A DNA stretch of 63,794 nucleotides, filler included, from Lenisia limosa (GCA_001655205.1; 16 parts of 16 records of this genome joined end to end with filler, not necessarily neighbours in it); one strand, 5' to 3'. Positions 11,331 through 24,015 are shown, counted from the whole stretch's first letter. The notes: generated from the sequence alone by a model not told the origin. Program-made: numbers and translations.

Positions 11331-12854
11331 ATGAACCGCGTGATGCGACTCCTGCTCATAGTGTACCTCATTTCAGTAGTATACTGCCTGCCATGGACTC
11401 CTGGTAGGGCGATAGTTGGTAAATATTGGACCGAACGTTGTGTACACCGTTAATTTATTTTGATGAAATTCTGGTTTGTTTCATAATATTCCTGTTTGAC
11501 GTATGCCGGGGTTATGGGTGCGGTGCTGCAGAAGCGACTGACCTGGGCTTTGTTTGTTTTGTTGTTAGCAACACTCGTGTGTTGTCAGCCAANNNNNNNN
11601 NNNNNNNNNNNNNNNNNNNNNNNNNNNNNNNNNNNNNNNNNNNNNNNNNNNNNNNNNNNNNNNNNNNNNNNNNNNNNNNNNNNNNNNNNNNNNNNNNNNN
11701 NNNNNNNNNNNNNNNNNNNNNNNNNNNNNNNNNNNNNNNNNNNNNNNNNNNNNGATAATGTGGTCCTTCCCACCCCCGCTGAAATTGAGGCGTACCCGGA
11801 CCCCCAAGAGAATATTGCTGGATTATTGACGCTGCATAACAAGAAAGCGCAGGCCTTCATGACTGTGGGGGGGTCGGAAGGTATAAGGCTCCACTTCGGT
11901 TCAAAAAAGACCTGTAAAATATCGATTGTTTTTGAGGATTTATCGAGAAAAGCAGTCGTTTTTCGAAACGAAGTGAATTCGGAGGTAGACAGGTGTAGCA
12001 TTGTGGCTATTTTTTTTTTTTTTTTTTNNNNNNNNNNNNNNNNNNNNNNNNNNNNNNNNNNNNNNNNNNNNNNNNNNNNNNNNNNNNNNNNNNNNNNNNN
12101 NNNNNNNNNNNNNNNNNNNNNNNNNNNNNNNNNNNNNNNNNNNNNNNNNNNNNNNNNNNNNNNNNNNNNNNNNNNNNNNNNNNNNNNNNNNNNNNNNNNN
12201 NNNNNNNNNNNNNNNNNNNNNNNNNNNNNNNNNNTTTTATTTGGCCAAATGTGAGAAATAACAGTTTAATAGTAACTTAGCGAACCGCGTTACCTTTTGC
12301 CAGTGGTGTGTAGATCAAATTTCTGCCCTATCGACATACTGTGGTCTTTTTTTTTTTCAAGATATGAGATGTAAATTTTTGATTCGAAATAAGACTGAAA
12401 TTTTCGATAAATCCCAGAAAACTATCTAATTTTGACGTATTTTAGATGGGGGTCCGGAAGAGCCTTGGTATTTGCCCACGGTGAAGTTATCCGAGGCGTG
12501 GTGCTTGGACAAAACCTTGTCAAACAGGTTGGGGGGGGGGTCCCACATTTATTGTTTTTAACATAATACAGCTTCACTTCGGCTCGAAAAAGGCTGGGAA
12601 AATATCGACGAGGATTTATCAAGAAATTCAGTCTTTTTTCGAACCGGAGTGAAGCCCCAATTATACCCCCCCTTAGACCGGCGTTACCCCTCCAAAAAAA
12701 CAAACAAAAAAAGATCCTATTACCTCAACCCTCGTCTCTTACTTTGCAGACATTAGCGTGGCTACCCCCATTACCTCAACCCTCGTCTCTTACTTTTCAG
12801 TCATTAGCGTGGCTATCGTCTGGAAATGTTGCTTCGAGTATTTCGGGCAAAAAG
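11331..12854 (+). CDS. Signal-peptide protein with a TCAF/FAM115 (M60-like peptidase family) N-terminal-like segment, partial
   Basis: Exon 1 MNRVMRLLLIVYLISVVYCLP (signal-like). Later exons WGSGRALVFAHGEVIRGVVLGQNLVKQ|SLAWLSSG resemble TCAF YGRGRLVV.SHE...LLNAV.WL. Family assignment is from memory of the motif only. Confidence 0.5.
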
Positions 12855-13286
12855 GTTGGATTGGAGTTGTGGAAGCGATTAGTGGCACTATTTGTTTTAT
12901 TTTTCTCACTCAAATGTTATTTGAATTTGGGTTATTGTTTCATTAATTTGGAACTTTTGAGACAGGGGCCATTCTCTCGCTAAATAAGAGTGCCATGCAA
13001 CCAATTACCAAATCGAACCGATACGACATCTAACCAACATCCCCTAGCTTTGTTTGTTTTGTCGAATTCAACCCTCGTGTTTGTCGCCATCTGATTGTTT
13101 TTTTTTGTTTTGTTGCAATGTTTGCCTAACTTATGGGATTCAGTGCTGCAGAAGTGACTGACTTGGACCTTGTTTGTTTTGTTGTTNNNNNNNNNNNNNN
13201 NNNNNNNNNNNNNNNNNNNNNNNNNNNNNNTTAATTAATTAANNNNNNNNNNNNNNNNNNNNNNNNNNNNNNNNNNNNNNNNNNNN

Positions 13287-15340
13287 TGGTCCAGATGTGG
13301 CAGGATGATTCCGTTCGACCGTAAATCGAGGTCAGGACAGGGTTACCAGAGGCCTAAAATTGTGGTCAACAAAGGGGCTGGAGAGTAAAATTGTTATATT
13401 TATGAAGACAAAAAAAAAAAGCTCACTAACAAAAACGTATTTCAACCCACCTGTTTAGCCATAGCAAAAACGTGGACAAAGTTCTTATTTGGGCCCCAAA
13501 AGAACTCAAAGTCGTTACCGGGNNNNNNNNNNNNNNNNNNNNNNNNNNNNNNNNNNNNNNNNNNNNNNNNNNNNNNNNNNNNNNNNNNNNNNNNNNNNNN
13601 NNNNNNNNNNNNNNNNNNNNNNNNNNNNNNNNNNNNNNNNNNNNNNNNNNNNNNNNNNNNNNNNNNNNNNNNNNNNNNNNNNNNNNNNNNNNNNNNNNNN
13701 NNNNNNNNTCGCGAGTTGAAAACGACAACCGGGGTAATACTATTTTGAGAATAGACCCCATTAGTACAGAATTTGACTTTGGGGAGCAAGAAATTGAATA
13801 ACCAAAAAAAGAATAGCTTTCTCGATAAATATCGATATTTAACTGGTCTTTTTCAGAATGGATAAAGCCCTAATTAAGAAACACAGCAGAGTAGATAAAA
13901 TACATTGAAGAGTGGCACAGTGTCGATAAATTGCTATTCCTCTGTTACCCCCCCCCCCCNNNNNNNNNNNNNNNNNNNNNNNNNNNNNNNNNNNNNNNNN
14001 NNNNNNNNNNNNNNNNNNNNNNNNNNNNNNNNNNNNNNNNNNNNNNNNNNNNNNNNNNNNNNNNNNNNNNNNNNNNNNNNNNNNNNNNNNNNNNNNNNNN
14101 NNNNNNNNCGTTAATTATTGTGAGGGTGCCGTGTAATTAATTGACAGCTGTAATTTATTGGCAATTAATTAAAAATCAAGCATCTAGCCCCATACCAAAT
14201 CATCGATTTTCGTTGTCAAATTGGCTATTGATACCGAGAGATCAGCCACCGCCGCCGCCAGAGCACTGTCCAGAGCCTCCTTGTTGACCACGTCTTTGGC
14301 CTGTGTTGGCNNNNNNNNNNNNNNNNNNNNNNNNNNNNNNNNNNNNNNNNNNNNNNNNNNNNNNNNNNNNNNNNNNNNNNNNNNNNNNNNNNTAAAAGTG
14401 GTCTTTTTTTTTATGTGAAACAATAAAAAAGTGCAAAATCAACTCTGTTGGCAAGCAACACGAGGGTTGAGGACAACAAAACAAACAAAGCTCGGTCCAT
14501 TCGCTTTAGAACCGCATCCCATCACTTCAGCCGGGGGTGATATGGGGGAATGGTCACAGAAAACCTTGAAAAAAACTGTATTTGAGAAAAAATTACCAGT
14601 TTCACAGGAAAACTACTGGAAAAGTAGTCCCCCCCCCCCCCNNNNNNNNNNNNNNNNNNNNNNNNNNNNNNNNNNNNNNNNNNNNNNNNNNNNNNNNNNN
14701 NNNNNNNNNNNNNNNNNNNNGAAGCCCATTGTATACGTCAGGCTATACTGTTTGAGACAAGGTTGTGCATGTTATTGCTGCATTGTGAGGAAAAATGTTG
14801 TCCATGTTTTGGCTATACTGAGAGAAAATGTTGTACATGTCATGGCTGTGTCCTTTGTATACGTTAACAATTCAGGTGTCCTTTGTACACCGATTAGGAT
14901 AAGTCTTAACCGATTTGCCGTGTGCTTTCCCAAGGAAAATCGGTCAAGACTTATCCTGGTATAGCGACAAGGTTGCAACTGGCCGAAGCCGTCCACACGA
15001 TTATATATATAATCTGTATTCCTAGGAGATATCGATGATGAATGTTGGCATGAAGGTACTACTGTCATTTAAAAAAGGTAAAACGATTGCAAGAATAAGA
15101 AATATCAGTTTTGTGATTACAATTACCAAGATGTTCAGTATAACCTCCTCCAAGATTAGAGAGCACTATTACCTTGGAGGATAGAAAGATGATAGTTATT
15201 GCTTCTAAAATTCCAAAACTATGGGCTTACAAAGTCAGGCCAATGAAGGTTATGAGCCCAGCAATGCGTAAGGCTGTCATTGTCCAATGGCAAGAGGAGT
15301 CTTGTTGATGTTTCGTCGTTTCTTCCTTAAAAAAGTGGTG
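13287..15340 (-). CDS. Multi-exon protein of unknown function (coiled coil followed by beta-rich region)
   Basis: GT-AG bounded exons: PTQAKDVVNKEALDSALAAAVADLSVSIANLTTKIDDL (14196-14310), KFCTNGVYSQNSITPVVVFNS, PGNDFEFFWGPNKNFVHVFAMAKQ, ASGNPVLTSIYGRTESSCHIW. Partly interrupted by N gaps. Confidence 0.5.
14392..14530 (-). repeat. Family B module
   Basis: Sense to the minus-strand host gene, upstream of the exon at 14196-14310. Confidence 0.85.
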
Positions 15341-16000
15341 TTCTTGGTTATGTGATTTGATATTCAGTAGGGTATAGGTTGCGCTTTGTGCAACTTTGTG
15401 CTGACTGAAGATAATTTAAAGAGATTTTGTCTAGGGTTACGGCTATCCTAAATTTTGCTTTTATGGTCCTCCTGAATAAAATGAAAACACGATGAAATAC
15501 CTTTAAAGCACTAGCCGCCTTATTTTATAATTATCCGATTAACTAGATTTAATTGAAATAGACATCCAAAACAAGTTACCTCGAGGGCCTATCCAATTTC
15601 GAACGTGCCACTCCTCTCCCGACCTTAAGATCGGCAATATATTGTGAAGTAGCATCATATGCAAAGATAGCATTGAAATACGAGCGCGGTCAGTGCTAAG
15701 CATCTTCGATGATCTCCCTTCTCCACCTTTCCAGCGGCCTCCTCTGGCCGATTGTCGCGTTGTGTTGCATCTTAAGTACATTCGGTAGGCAGGGAACGCA
15801 ACACCGATTTTTCTCCTCTTTTGCTCTGTTTACTGGGTTCCCTCGGTTCCTTTTCGCTGATTTGCGTTGATTTGGTTAATTCTACTTCCAAAAGATTGAA
15901 TCCGTTTTATTCTGAGAGTTTTAAGACGGTTTTTATACGTTTCCTGTGATCGGTCGTGTGTTTCCAATCATATAAATGCCATTTCATTCATTTATAATAG

Positions 16001-16098
16001 CACATCATATTATCGTATTGCATATCATTGAATTAGAGCAGAGTTAACGCCATGCCTTATAAACGGACAATGTCCCAAATAACCGGTCAATGCCCAAA
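16001..16098 (+). repeat. Family F ~100-bp dispersed repeat
   Basis: CATATCA.TGAATTA.AGCAGAGTTAACGCCA.GCCTTAT...AATG.CC....TAACC.GTCAATGC; second copy at ~54453-54550, fragment at ~55945. Confidence 0.75.
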
Positions 16099-16667
16099 AT
16101 GGTCAACATGGTTCTGGCGTTGCTTTACTGGTTTATCTCAATATTTGTTTTGAATATCAAAAGCTGTTCAATGTTGTCTTTCCTCGTGTGCCCCCCCCCC
16201 CCCNNNNNNNNNNNNNNNNNNNNNNNNNNNNNNNNNNNNNNNNNNNNNNNNNNNNNNNNNNNNNNNNNNNNNNNNNNNNNNNNNNNNTTGAGCTGTGAGG
16301 CAAATGAGTGGGTGAAGTAATATTAGACTATTATCCAAAATCTCTTCTAAGCGTGATGGCAAGGACAACTATTTATTTTTCTCATTTCTTCTATTTACTG
16401 TATATAGTCTATGTTTATCAAATAAGTCAGGGTTATAAAATAGTTTATATTTAGTTAAATAAATTGTGAAGGTTATGAAAAACTGCCTGATTATGAAATA
16501 AAGTTCTATTGTATAAGTTGTTCATTTAATACATGTTGGTGTACATGGACATATCATATAGTGTATCTTATATGATATGATAAGAGAGTTTTTCGTTTTT
16601 ACATGTCATTGCTCTGTTATATTATGTTCAGGGCTATGACAATATCATGATGATGACAATAGTTTGG

Positions 16668-19600
16668 ATGACAATAGTTCACCTTTTAGCCGCCGCTGTT
16701 GATCTCTCCGGTTATGCTGTTCACCACTATGGACCTGTGTCAGGTATGCAATGATTGGGATTAGCACACTGTGGAATTATTCATACTGTGTGATGAAAGG
16801 CTTCGGCTGCAACAATTTTTTTCTTTCCCATTTCTAGCTATGAAATAATTGAGTAAATTAGTGTGCTGGGGAGTTGGGTGCACGTGATTGTATTTATTTT
16901 TGTGTAAATTAGGTCATGCAAATATTTTGCCAGTAAAAACAATTTTTTTTTTTCTTGAATCACTGCATTTCTTTTACTTAGGTTTTTAATTACAAAAAGA
17001 AAGCATTTCACCTGGTATAGGTTCCACTGCAATGTCAGTATCAGGCAATATCACCATGTCGCAGACGGTGTGGACCTACAGTAACACTCCGACCTATAAT
17101 GAGGGGCTTCTTAGACTCAGTTTTAGCAAGGACGTTGCAGCCAAAATCCCTGATGGAGTGGGGGGGGGGGGNNNNNNNNNNNNNNNNNNNNNNNNNNNNN
17201 NNNNNNNNNNNNNNNNNNNNNNNNNNNNNNNNNNNNNNNNNNNNNNNNNNNNNNNNNNNNNNNNNNNNNNNNNNNNNNNNNNNNNNNNNNNNNNNNNNNN
17301 NNNNNNNNNNNNNNNNNNNNNNNNNNNNNNNNNNNNNNNNNNNNNNNNNNNNNNNNNNNNNNNNNNNNNNNNNNNNNNNNNNNNNNNNNNNGAGATCCAA
17401 TAGCAAATCAATGAAGACTTGTCCCGGTCACTCTACATATAACTCACCATCTAGGTAACCTTCGAATTATACGAGGGATATTCAGACAATGGCGAAGTAT
17501 CCAACTCCGGACTCACCCCCATGAACCCTCAAAAACGCCTTGCTTCTCTTAACAATGGTTGGGGAGGGAGGGTAAAGGATGGAGGAGCCAGCAGAGTTGA
17601 TTTTGGGCTCCCCCAGATTTTGGGCTTTTTTGGTTTTTATAATTTTACCCCCAGGAGACACCTACGTGGCGCAATATCTGCGCGTGCCATTTCAGGCATG
17701 CAGCGGCCTCTACGTTACCCTGTCCACCTCAGACGGCCTGCCCGTGACGGGAGAATTCAACCTTGCCTGGACTGTGGAGTATGACGAACGTTACTATTGC
17801 AGTTTGGGGGGGCGTTACTACTATACTACTATGGCTTCCCTACGGTCCGAAAAAGACCGTCAGAATATCGATTTTTATCGAGAATTTATCTGGACATTCA
17901 CTAGAAAATAATATCATAACACCCCAGGCTCCTCGGTATGTCGCGGCTTCAAGAGCGCCCCAGCCGACTCAAACTATCCCATTGTCATCAACCGCGAGGG
18001 CTCGGCTCTACTCGTCCCGGGACAGAAAATGCAGTGGTGAGGAGTATTGATTATCATTGGTTGGGCTTCCCTACGGTCTCAAAAAAGACTGAAGTTTTCG
18101 AGAAAGCTTCGATAAATATCGATATTTTACCTAATCATGGCTATTTTTGTTTCAATTAAACATGTGATGGGATGCGGTGTTGCAGAAGTGACTGGCATGG
18201 GCTTTGTTTGTTTTGTTGTTAGTTGATTTTGGGCTTTTTTTTTGTGTCATAAATTCAATTTTACACCCCCCCCCCNNNNNNNNNNNNNNNNNNNNNNNNN
18301 NNNNNNNNNNNNNNNNNNNNNNNNNNNNNNNNNNNNNNNNNNNNNNNNNNNNNNNNNNNNNNNNNNNGGATCCTGCCAACTACGCTGCCTGTTGTATACG
18401 ACGCCGTAACGGTTAACGGCTTTTACGACACATTGGAGATTACTGCTTCCGTGGGCGGGGGGGTATTGAAGGATGTTTGTGGGGGTTTTGGCGGCCAGCT
18501 ACGCAAACTTGTTTTATTTGTCATCTCTGTATATGGAGGGTAGGGATTTCTTACGGTTCCAAAAGAGACTGAATTTCTCAAAAAAAAATCCGAAAACTAT
18601 CGATATATTATCGGTATTTTTTGAACCGAAGTGAGGCCACAACAAAACAGTTGCCTTCCTTACAGCCGTAGCTTGACGTCTACGATGGAATTACCCCGAA
18701 TTCACCGAAGCTCTGGACTTCGAATATGAATGAAAATGTCTGGTCAACTGAGACATTTGTCAGCCCTTTATTGTGGGAGGGGCATTGTGTTAGCTCAGGG
18801 TTTTGTTCATTGTTCCTCTCTTTCGTTTCCAAATCATAAAACGGTATTCATACTTCCCTCCCGTGGGCTTTGTCTGTTTTGTTGTTTCAACAGAGTTCAT
18901 TTTGGGGAATTTTGATTCATATATTTTCCAATTTTACCATTTTCTTCATCGAAATTTCCTTCGTTTTACCCCTTTCCCCCAGACTTATTGACTAATTTTT
19001 ACCCCCAGGCTAGTTGTGTTTACGATGGAGGCGGCAACGAACATCGAGGTCAATAGCCGCAATGTCGAATTCACAGGGCTTTTTAAGACGCTTCAGTATC
19101 CAATCGCTTCTTGTATGGGGGTTGTGTTGGAGTATTGTGTCGGGACTATCATATTTTATACGGTCAAAAGCTTGAGTTAGTGATTAGTACCTTTACTCCT
19201 TTTGTTTCATAAATGTTCAGGCCAATTTTACTCCCCCCGCCCCCCATTTCCTCATGCATTCAGCCGTGACCTATCTGGACCCCCAGTATCATTTTGATAA
19301 GTCCGGAATTGTCACGTTCCAACATCCCTTGTCATCCCGCCTGGTCCAGGACCACACTTACGTCAGAACCATTACTCCTCCCGATGACGCCTCGGGAATA
19401 CAGCTTCTTTTCAGGACGGACGGCTTTCGTAAGCTTTCTTCATCTTCATTCTCATTAGGGCTTCACTTCAGTTCAAAAAATAGACCGAATTTCTCGATAA
19501 ATCTTCGAAAGTCCTCGATATTTTACTGAATCGAAGTGAAGCCCTAATTCTCATTCATCATCTCATCAATCTCCATTTACGCCAATATTCTTCATTAAAA

Positions 19601-19912
19601 TTCCCTTTGCCCACTCTTTTTACATCCTGAAGTGATGGGATGCAGTGCGACTAACCTGGGCTTTGTTTTATTTGTTGTTATCAACCCTTGTGTTTTGTCA
19701 GCCAACAGAGTTGATTTGAGTTTTTTTTTGTTTCATAAATTTTCCAATTTTAATCCCCCCCCACCAGATTATCCGCCAATTCTTCATTAAACTCCCTTTT
19801 CCCCCTGTTTTCACCCCCGCAGCCCAAGCCGTCCGTGTAATTTTGGAACAGGACGGGAACCCAGGCTCACGCCTCGAATACACCCATTCCAACTACCCAC
19901 ATTCCGTGCTCT
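16668..19912 (+). CDS. Large multi-exon, probably extracellular beta-rich protein with CUB-like segments, partial
   Basis: At least 9 phase-compatible exons (e.g. 17655-17801, 17928-~18037). SGIVTFQHPLSSRLVQDHTYVRTITPPDDASGIQLLFRTDGF loosely fits the CUB N-terminal pattern. Confidence 0.55.
19628..19768 (+). repeat. Family B module
   Basis: Full copy ending cccccccaccag; more copies in the same gene at 17590-17654, 18162-18275 and 18862-19008. Confidence 0.85.
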
Positions 19913-20245
19913 GTAGGTGGATTACAAGGGTTTGAAATAGGACGGTTCAATTGCTTACTATACACTTGGACTGATTGAATTTGGTAGTGTTATGCTATAA
20001 TCCAATATCTCTTAAAGCGTGATGGTGTGGACGGCTTCAGCCAGAGGCACCTTTTTTGCTCTCATTTCCNNNNNNNNNNNNNNNNNNNNNNNNNNNNNNN
20101 NNNNNNNNNNNNNTTAATTAATTAANNNNNNNNNNNNNNNNNNNNNNNNNNNNNNNNNNNNNNNNNNNNGGACCCATCTCTACATAAAAACGTCTTCATA
20201 CTCAACCTATGCACACATGGTGACCAAATTCATTTCACTCGCAAG

Positions 20246-21981
20246 GCTATGGACAGGGCCCATAGGCTCGGACAAAAGAGGACCGTCACAGTCTACCGTC
20301 TTATTACTAAGGGCACCATTGAGGAGAAGATTATGAGGTTTGAGCAATAAACACCATACACCATATTGATTTCATTTTTACTTTGCAGCCGATGATTTGG
20401 TTTGTAATTTGTACATTTACGCCACTATTCTTCATTCATCACCCACTGTTAGGGCTTCACTTCGGTTCGAAAAAAGAATGAATTTATCGATATATCCTCG
20501 AAAACTATCGATATTTCATTGGTCTTTTTCGAACCGAAGTTAAGAGCTCTACGCACTATCTCCTCCCCCCCCCNNNNNNNNNNNNNNNNNNNNNNNNNNN
20601 NNNNNNNNNNNNNNNNNNNNNNNNNNNNNNNNNNNNNNNNNNNNNNNNNNNNNNNNNNNNNNNNNNNNNNNNNNNNNNNNNNNNNNNNNNNNNNNNNNNN
20701 NNNNNNNNNNNNNNNNNNNNNNNNNNNNNNNNNNNNNNNNNNNNNNNNNNTGAAAACGCGTCGCTGCAAAGTGTGACAAGCGGCGATATGCTCTCTCTGT
20801 TCGCTCCTGCTGGAGAGGAAAGGTGGGGGGATTGAGAAACAAGAAGGAAAAGAGTGCAAAAAGAAAAAGAAAAAGAAGATAAAAAAAAGGAGGGGGCTGC
20901 ACGAGGCTGAGTGCAGCGTCTTGGTTTTTCCCTATCAAGGGAGAATTTGCTATAGTCCTTGTATAATTGCGATAGTCTATATCGGATCTACCATATGTGT
21001 CATATGTACCTTCCCACTAATTTCTAGTTTGCTGTGTTTTTACGCTCCTCCCCCCTATATTGATAAATAATAATAGCCTCTCACACACACAGACATTGAA
21101 ACCTAACTTACTAACTTACTCATACCTACTAAACGTCCACTCGTTCCTAACTTTGCTGTAGTCCGGGCCCGGGTGAAGTCTCCGAAGAAACCCGCGCCGC
21201 TAATGGTTCGGGGGTATAGGGGGGTGTAATGTGGGCTTCCCAACGGTCCGAAAAAGACCGGTCAAATATCGATATTTATCGGGGAATTTTTCGAGATATT
21301 CGGTCTTTTTTGGGACCGTAGGGCAGCCCTAATTATATTGGGTTACGTGGGGGAGGGAGGGGTTTAAGGATATCATATGATATATTATAATATTGTGGGA
21401 GAGGGATGGGGTATGAGTAACCTATTTAAAAATAACATTTTCCAACTTTTCCTAATTTGGGCTTCCGTGCTCCATACAATATTATTATAATATGGAGAGA
21501 GAGAGGGTAACCCTTTTTGAAAACAAACATTTTCCAACTTTTTCTGACAATTCAGATGCGGTTGCCTCTGCCGCCGGACAAGCCTCCCTCAAAAACGCCC
21601 TGGTAGTGGGGTATTATCTGTAGGGTTCCACTTCGGTTCGAACAAGACCGGTAAAATATCGATAGTTTTCGAGGATTTATCGAGAAATTCCGTCTTTTTT
21701 CGAACCGAAGTGAACCCCGAATTATTATATGGGGTATGCACTCCCCAATAATTGTTCCATTTCACGCCACCCCCAGAGTTGATTCTGAGTTATTTTTTAC
21801 TGTTTCATTGTTGAATTTCTCATCTCTAATAAGCGTGATGGTGTGGACGGCTTCGTTTATCATCTTGACATATTATAACAATTAGGCCGGCCTCAATGAT
21901 TTGTGGGACGAATCGCAGTACACATCAGAGTTCTCTATGGACGGCTTCCTCGATAAGATGCATGACGCACAACATGAGAGG
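20246..21981 (+). CDS. BTAF1: SNF2-family ATPase BTAF1/MOT1, C-terminal exons
   Basis: [30 protein letters not shown]; [17 protein letters not shown]; GQASLKNAL; [23 protein letters not shown]. These match the BTAF1/Mot1-specific tail (ENSSLQSM..LLDLF; DLWDQEQY.SEYSL). Confidence 0.88.
21231..21331. mobile_element. Family A MITE (A2 ends) in a BTAF1 intron
   Basis: GGGCTTCCCAACGGTCC...GGACCGTAGGGCAGCCCTA; a second copy lies at 21621-21720. Confidence 0.85.
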
Positions 21982-22288
21982 TCAGTTCAGTTCACAGTTC
22001 ACTTCATTTTAGTTCAGTTCATTTTAGTTGGAAGGGGGGGGGGGGTATCCTTTCACACTTCTTCATATTANNNNNNNNNNNNNNNNNNNNNNNNNNNNNN
22101 NNNNNNNNNNNNNNNNNNNNNNNNNNNNNNNNNNNNNNNNNNNNNNNNNNNNNNNNNNNNNNNNNNNNNNGATAGAGTTTTTTTTGGTCTTTTTAATCCT
22201 TACTGCTTTCAGCTCCTCTCCTTCTTGATGCTAGAATTTCGTCATTATGAGTGATAATGCAATAGTGTTCTTGGTTAATTAGGTTCAC

Positions 22289-22396
22289 TACGGCGCATCG
22301 ACTTTGGATCCCCTTACATTATTTGGGAATCCCATAAATCTGATATTTCCCTGTAATTCCAACGTTTTCACAAGAATCCCAAGTCGATGCGCCGTA
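22289..22396. mobile_element. Family G MITE (TIR TACGGCGCATCGACTTKGGAT)
   Basis: 20/21-nt inverted terminal match, TA ends; related end fragments at ~1080-1135 and ~4102-4120. Confidence 0.8.
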
Positions 22397-23919
22397 TAGG
22401 ATGCAACATATGTGATTTGATCATTAAGGCAGGTTGCGGTTGGAGAGAATTGTCACGGATATCCGAACATAAGCTGTCGCAGACGTCATATCATATATTC
22501 TACTACTTTTTATGAAAATTAAACAATATTGTGTTGCAGGTTCTCATTGCAACCTGCTTTAAGGTCACTATGATGGAATACTCCCCTCCCCCATCATCAA
22601 AATCACACATTCACAATCAGTTATCAAGCTTGTTATAGTTCTTGAGGAAGAAGGCCATGTGCTTACCACTGAAAACTTGTTAGGGTGGCGATCCTAATTT
22701 TTAACAAGCAAAAAATACTTTCTCTTGTTTAACGCAGAAATGTTGAAACCAGAAATCAAATCAAATCTATACAACCAAAAACAAACTACTTTTACAATAA
22801 TGTACAATGAACATAAAAAAAAGAGAAAACGAAACACAAAGAATATAATATAAAACCGAAGGAAAAGGATCTCTTCATCCACCTTATCAAGGGAGGTTTG
22901 CAAATAGGAAGGCCTGAATCTGTGAGCGTTGAAGGTGATGGGCGGTATTAGACTGGGGAGGGNNNNNNNNNNNNNNNNNNNNNNNNNNNNNNNNNNNNNN
23001 NNNNNNNNNNNNNNNNNNNNNNNNNNTGGCTGGCAACACATAAGGGTTGATGACAGCAAAACAAAGCCCAAAATCAACTCTGTTGGTTGACATATGGGAA
23101 GGGGACTGAATGGGAGCCAACCCCCCCTTTCTCCCATTTTGATCATTGAATTAATAAAGAGTATGGATGATTGAAGCGTTGAGGTACGTGGTGGTGGCTG
23201 CTGGCTTCACTTCAGTTCAAAAAAGACCGATAAAATATCGATAGTTTTCAAGGATTTATCGAGAACTTCAGTCTATTTTCGAACCGAAGTGAATCCTTAG
23301 TGGCTGCCCTATTGCTGTGTATATCAGTAGAAGCCATATGTCGTATAACTCACTGCCCACGCCCACCTGCATGAGAACGATGATTTGACATCGGTCACGT
23401 GCTTCAAGAGCTATGTCCTGGGGGGGTCATATTATATCAAGTTATACAAAAATGATAGAGGGAGTCATAATTAGGGCTTCCCTACAGTCCGAAAAAGACT
23501 GGGCAAATATCGAGGATTCAGTCTTTTTTGAGAATATATTTGGGGTTACACTATNNNNNNNNNNNNNNNNNNNNNNNNNNNNNNNNNNNNNNNNNNNNTT
23601 AATTAATTAANNNNNNNNNNNNNNNNNNNNNNNNNNNNNNNNNNNNNNNNNNNNAGAAGGAAGATGAGTCCAACCGCAATAATCCGACTTTCATGCAGTG
23701 GGGGGGAGGGGGGTATCAAGGGAGAGGGGTAAGGCTTCACTTCGGTTCGGGAGAATATCGATAGCTTTCGAGGATTTATCGAGAATTTCAGTCTTTTTTG
23801 GAACGGAAAAGAAGCCCCTAGGGAGGAGTAAGGTTCTTCAGTGTGGGGCTATCTAGGAGGCACACAGTTTCATCTTCAGCTTCATAGCAAGAAGAGATTT
23901 TCAGAAAGAGTCATTAGAG

Positions 23920-24015
23920 TAGGGCTTCACTTTTGTTCGAAAAATACAAATCAAAAATCGATAATTTTTGACGATTTATCGAGACAGCCTGTTTTTGAAC
24001 CGAAGTAAAGCCCTA
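23920..24015. mobile_element. Family A MITE
   Basis: TAGGGCTTCAC...GTAAAGCCCTA; adjacent copies at 23201-23299, 23471-23530 and 23730-23820. Confidence 0.85.

Noticed and set aside
9255-12254. Long six-frame ORFs (e.g. 9255-9788, 11496-12254, 3681-4043, 49019-49477) as single-exon genes
   Set aside because: They run through N gaps, introns and repeats; recurring peptides such as MGCGAAE or LGLHFGSKK are translations of families B and A.
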